Shown: positions 61,418 to 64,000 of the stretch, one piece after another
How positions within the stretch are numbered: the stretch's first letter is position 1
Layout of the letters: the number at the start of each line of letters is the position of its first letter
The notes under the pieces: model-generated
The model's database searches: none
The model's input: only the letters and a program-made list of their open reading frames with translations
What the model was told of the DNA's origin: nothing
NCBI RefSeq assembly: GCF_000143415.4
Contig: NW_003314321.1
Location: 1,126,236 to 1,190,235, forward strand
DNA: 64,000 nucleotides
Reading direction: 5' to 3'
Source: Selaginella moellendorffii
Taxonomy: Eukaryota; Plantae; Lycopodiophyta
Position numbers and translations under genes: made by a program

Positions 61418-63163
61418 ATGAGATGGCGGCAGAGGCGTCTCAATGCCGAGAAGAACGAGCTCGCAAAGCTTCTCCAGTCGTGTGCTGCCCACAAGGATGT
61501 TGCTCGTACCAGGATCGTTCATCGCACGATAACCGCCAGCGATCGCCACAGCCGCAGTGCCTTTCTGCTCAATCTCCTCGTCCACGCTTATGCGCAATGC
61601 GGCTGCCTGGGCGACGCCGCTGCCGTATTTGCCGCACTGCCGCGGCCAAATCTCTTCTCCTGGAACATCCTCCTCCACGCACACATTTGCAACGGCCAGA
61701 TCCAGTCGGCATGGAAAGTGTTCCACGCCATGCCGCTCAGAGACGCTGTGTCCTGGAACAATATTACCACCGTATATGCCAGCCACGGGCAATTGCAAGA
61801 GGCTCGGCTACTCCTGGAGCGAACTCCCTCTTGGAGCGTTGTCTGTTTGAGCTCTCTCGTTAACGGCTGTGCCCAACTTGGTGACATTGATGCCGCTCTA
61901 TTCTACTTCCATTCGATGCCAACTCGCAACGAGGTGTCCTGGAATGCCATCATCCAAGCGACTACCCAGAATGGGCATCCGGACGACGCGAAGTACGTGT
62001 TTGACAAGATGCCTCTATGGGGCATTACTACGTGGAACATTCTTTTCTATGCTTGCGCGCAGCAAGGCAGGGTATTGGAGGCAGCTCGAATTTTTTGTAC
62101 AATGCCCGAGCACAATCTCATGTCATGGAACGCTATGCTGGCAGCTTTTGCCCAGTATGGGCATCAAATGCAGGCAAAGTGTTGCTTTGACAGGATGCCC
62201 GAGCGCAACATTGGTGCTTGGAACTCTATAATTCTACTCCATGGCAATCTTGGACTGCTAACTTTGGCACACTTGGCCTTCCACAAGATGCCCGCCTGGG
62301 ACGTCATCTCCTGGAACACTTTGTTTCGAGCGATGTACCAAAACGGGCACCTGGATCACGCTACGGAGCTCTTTCTTTCCATGCCGGAGCGTAGCATTGT
62401 AACGTGGACCTCCATGATCGATGTGCATGGTCAGGGAGGCTATCTCGACCGCGCCGTGGAAACTTTTAACTCGATGCCATGCCGCGACGTCGTTGCCTGG
62501 AACGCACTGATAGCAGCAAATGTTCTGAATGGTCATTTGCATGGTGCTGCCGTGGTATTCACCTCTATGCCCCTGCATGAGGCATTTGGCTGGACGACCA
62601 TGTTGGCCACTTACGCAGGTCAAGGATGCATGGAAAAAGCATGTGAGATGTTTGAATCTCTTTCAAAGAGGAATGTCGTTTCATGGAATGCAATGATCCA
62701 AGCTTATGCCCAGAGTGGGCACGGCTTCGAGGCCTTGGAGCTTTACCACGAGATGCTTCTCTGCGGCGTGATGCCTGACGAGGCATCGTTTAAGAGTGTC
62801 ATGGTGGCGTGCAGCTACGTCGGGATGTTGCACGACACTTGCCACGCATTACTTGTGTCCATGGCGAGTGATTTTGACGTTGCTCTAAGCAAAGATCACT
62901 TCAACTGCATCGCAGACATGCTAGGGAGGAGCGGGCAGCTAGATCGAGCTGAGGAGTTTGTCCATAACATGCCAGTGCCACCTCTTGAAAAGGCCACGGC
63001 GTGGAGTGCATTGCTGGGGAACTGCAAGCTCCAGCAGGACACCGAACGAGCAGCTCGAGTGGCAGAGTACGCTCTGGAGCTCAACCCAGGAGACTGCGCT
63101 ACCTACATACTGCTCGCAAATTTGTTTGCATCCTCAGGATGTCTCCAAGACGACAGTGTGTAA
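61418..63163 (+). CDS. Intronless PLS-class PPR protein with E domain, no DYW
   Basis: 581 aa of PPR motifs, then PDEASFKSVMVACSYVG..HFNCIADMLGRSG..WSALLGNCK..YILLAN. Confidence 0.94.
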   Translation: MRWRQRRLNAEKNELAKLLQSCAAHKDVARTRIVHRTITASDRHSRSAFLLNLLVHAYAQCGCLGDAAAVFAALPRPNLFSWNILLHAHICNGQIQSAWKVFHAMPLRDAVSWNNITTVYASHGQLQEARLLLERTPSWSVVCLSSLVNGCAQLGDIDAALFYFHSMPTRNEVSWNAIIQATTQNGHPDDAKYVFDKMPLWGITTWNILFYACAQQGRVLEAARIFCTMPEHNLMSWNAMLAAFAQYGHQMQAKCCFDRMPERNIGAWNSIILLHGNLGLLTLAHLAFHKMPAWDVISWNTLFRAMYQNGHLDHATELFLSMPERSIVTWTSMIDVHGQGGYLDRAVETFNSMPCRDVVAWNALIAANVLNGHLHGAAVVFTSMPLHEAFGWTTMLATYAGQGCMEKACEMFESLSKRNVVSWNAMIQAYAQSGHGFEALELYHEMLLCGVMPDEASFKSVMVACSYVGMLHDTCHALLVSMASDFDVALSKDHFNCIADMLGRSGQLDRAEEFVHNMPVPPLEKATAWSALLGNCKLQQDTERAARVAEYALELNPGDCATYILLANLFASSGCLQDDSV

Positions 63164-63669
63164 AGAGTTTTTTTTGTGCTTTCTGGATTGGAAGAAGTGG
63201 CATTTCTTTTTTTTTGGTGCACTCTGTATCCTAGGTACTCATTGTTGCTCTCACCTGGGATGTCAAGGCAGTGTACTCGTTGATCCACAGGTCAATTCAA
63301 ATGCTTTTTGATGTTCAGTGTTTCTCAATGTTTGCAGAAAACAATAGGTGTTAGAGCCTTCATAAATAAATCAGCAATCTGATTCTTGATTGCCACATAT
63401 TTGAGTGTCAGCTCATGTCCCATCATTCCCCTAACATATGGTGAACCTGGCATGTGCTTTTTATGGTGTTATTTCTCTCTTTTCCTTTCAGCTGTGGAAT
63501 TTAAAGAGTTATTTCATGTTTGTCTTGCAGTAGATTTGCTTGATCTTTTTAGTGCATTAGATACAAAAAACATTGTTTTTCTTTGAATACTACACAGCTT
63601 GATAAAAAAAGAGCCCTAAAGCCTCACAAAATAAAAACTTCACTTATAAACCAGGCCAAAATGAATAAG

Positions 63670-64000
63670 ATCCATTTTAAGGCCTACCAATGTGGCCATT
63701 CTGGGCAATGTCTGGGCAGGTATAGATCAAGCATCCAATGACCTGGTGATAGGGCACAATGCTTTTTATCCTTGCTGGAAGGAGACATGCTTCCATTGGA
63801 GTAACAAAAGGATTGAGGTTCTCAATCCCAAACCTGCTCAGTACTTCTTCCACATAAGCTTAGCCTGAGAGTGTCGTAACTCTTGATCAAGGTTGCTGGA
63901 GTGCTTTATTGTTGGAAACAAAGATCCTATCATCCAGAAAAATGACCAAGGCACCATCCTCCAACTTCATATAGATAGGTCATAGAGAGCCTTTTTCAGC
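63670..64000 (-). mobile_element. Degenerate copia reverse-transcriptase remnant
   Basis: Minus-strand fragments LKKALY, VIFLDD, YVEEVLSRFG..TPME and PYHQVIGCLIY.CPDIA with frameshifts. Confidence 0.75.

Overview
Eukaryotic nuclear DNA from a very compact land-plant genome. Introns of about 50-70 nt, intergenic gaps often under 150 nt and several intronless PLS-class PPR genes are most consistent with a lycophyte such as Selaginella (inference). Layout: 1-4113 is a near-intact minus-strand Ty1/copia element nested in an older plus-strand copia remnant (to ~6090). About 6.1-49.8 kb is a dense block of ~21 genes: DNA2, root-cap protein, CSU2/C9orf78, SUA, two GPT paralogs, TM9SF, an orphan single-pass ANF-receptor/LIVBP-domain protein, UFD1, PPR, METTL18-like, AIPP1-like, DHNAT, PAO, Tubby-like, AUG3, CHR19, JMJ32, QWRF/AUG8-like, a small FGxYK-motif ORF and Treslin-like. 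About 50.4-63.2 kb is a tandem triplication of a [small-ORF remnant / PPR(-) / R2R3-MYB(-) / PPR(+)] cassette with reciprocal gene loss. A further copia RT remnant lies at the right edge. Best leads: the stand-alone Venus-flytrap membrane receptor, the layered uORFs of the polyamine oxidase leader, the fractionated cassette triplication and an in-frame METTL18-PPR junction only 9 nt apart. Gene names come from recalled family motifs, not database searches; exon joins were read by eye.
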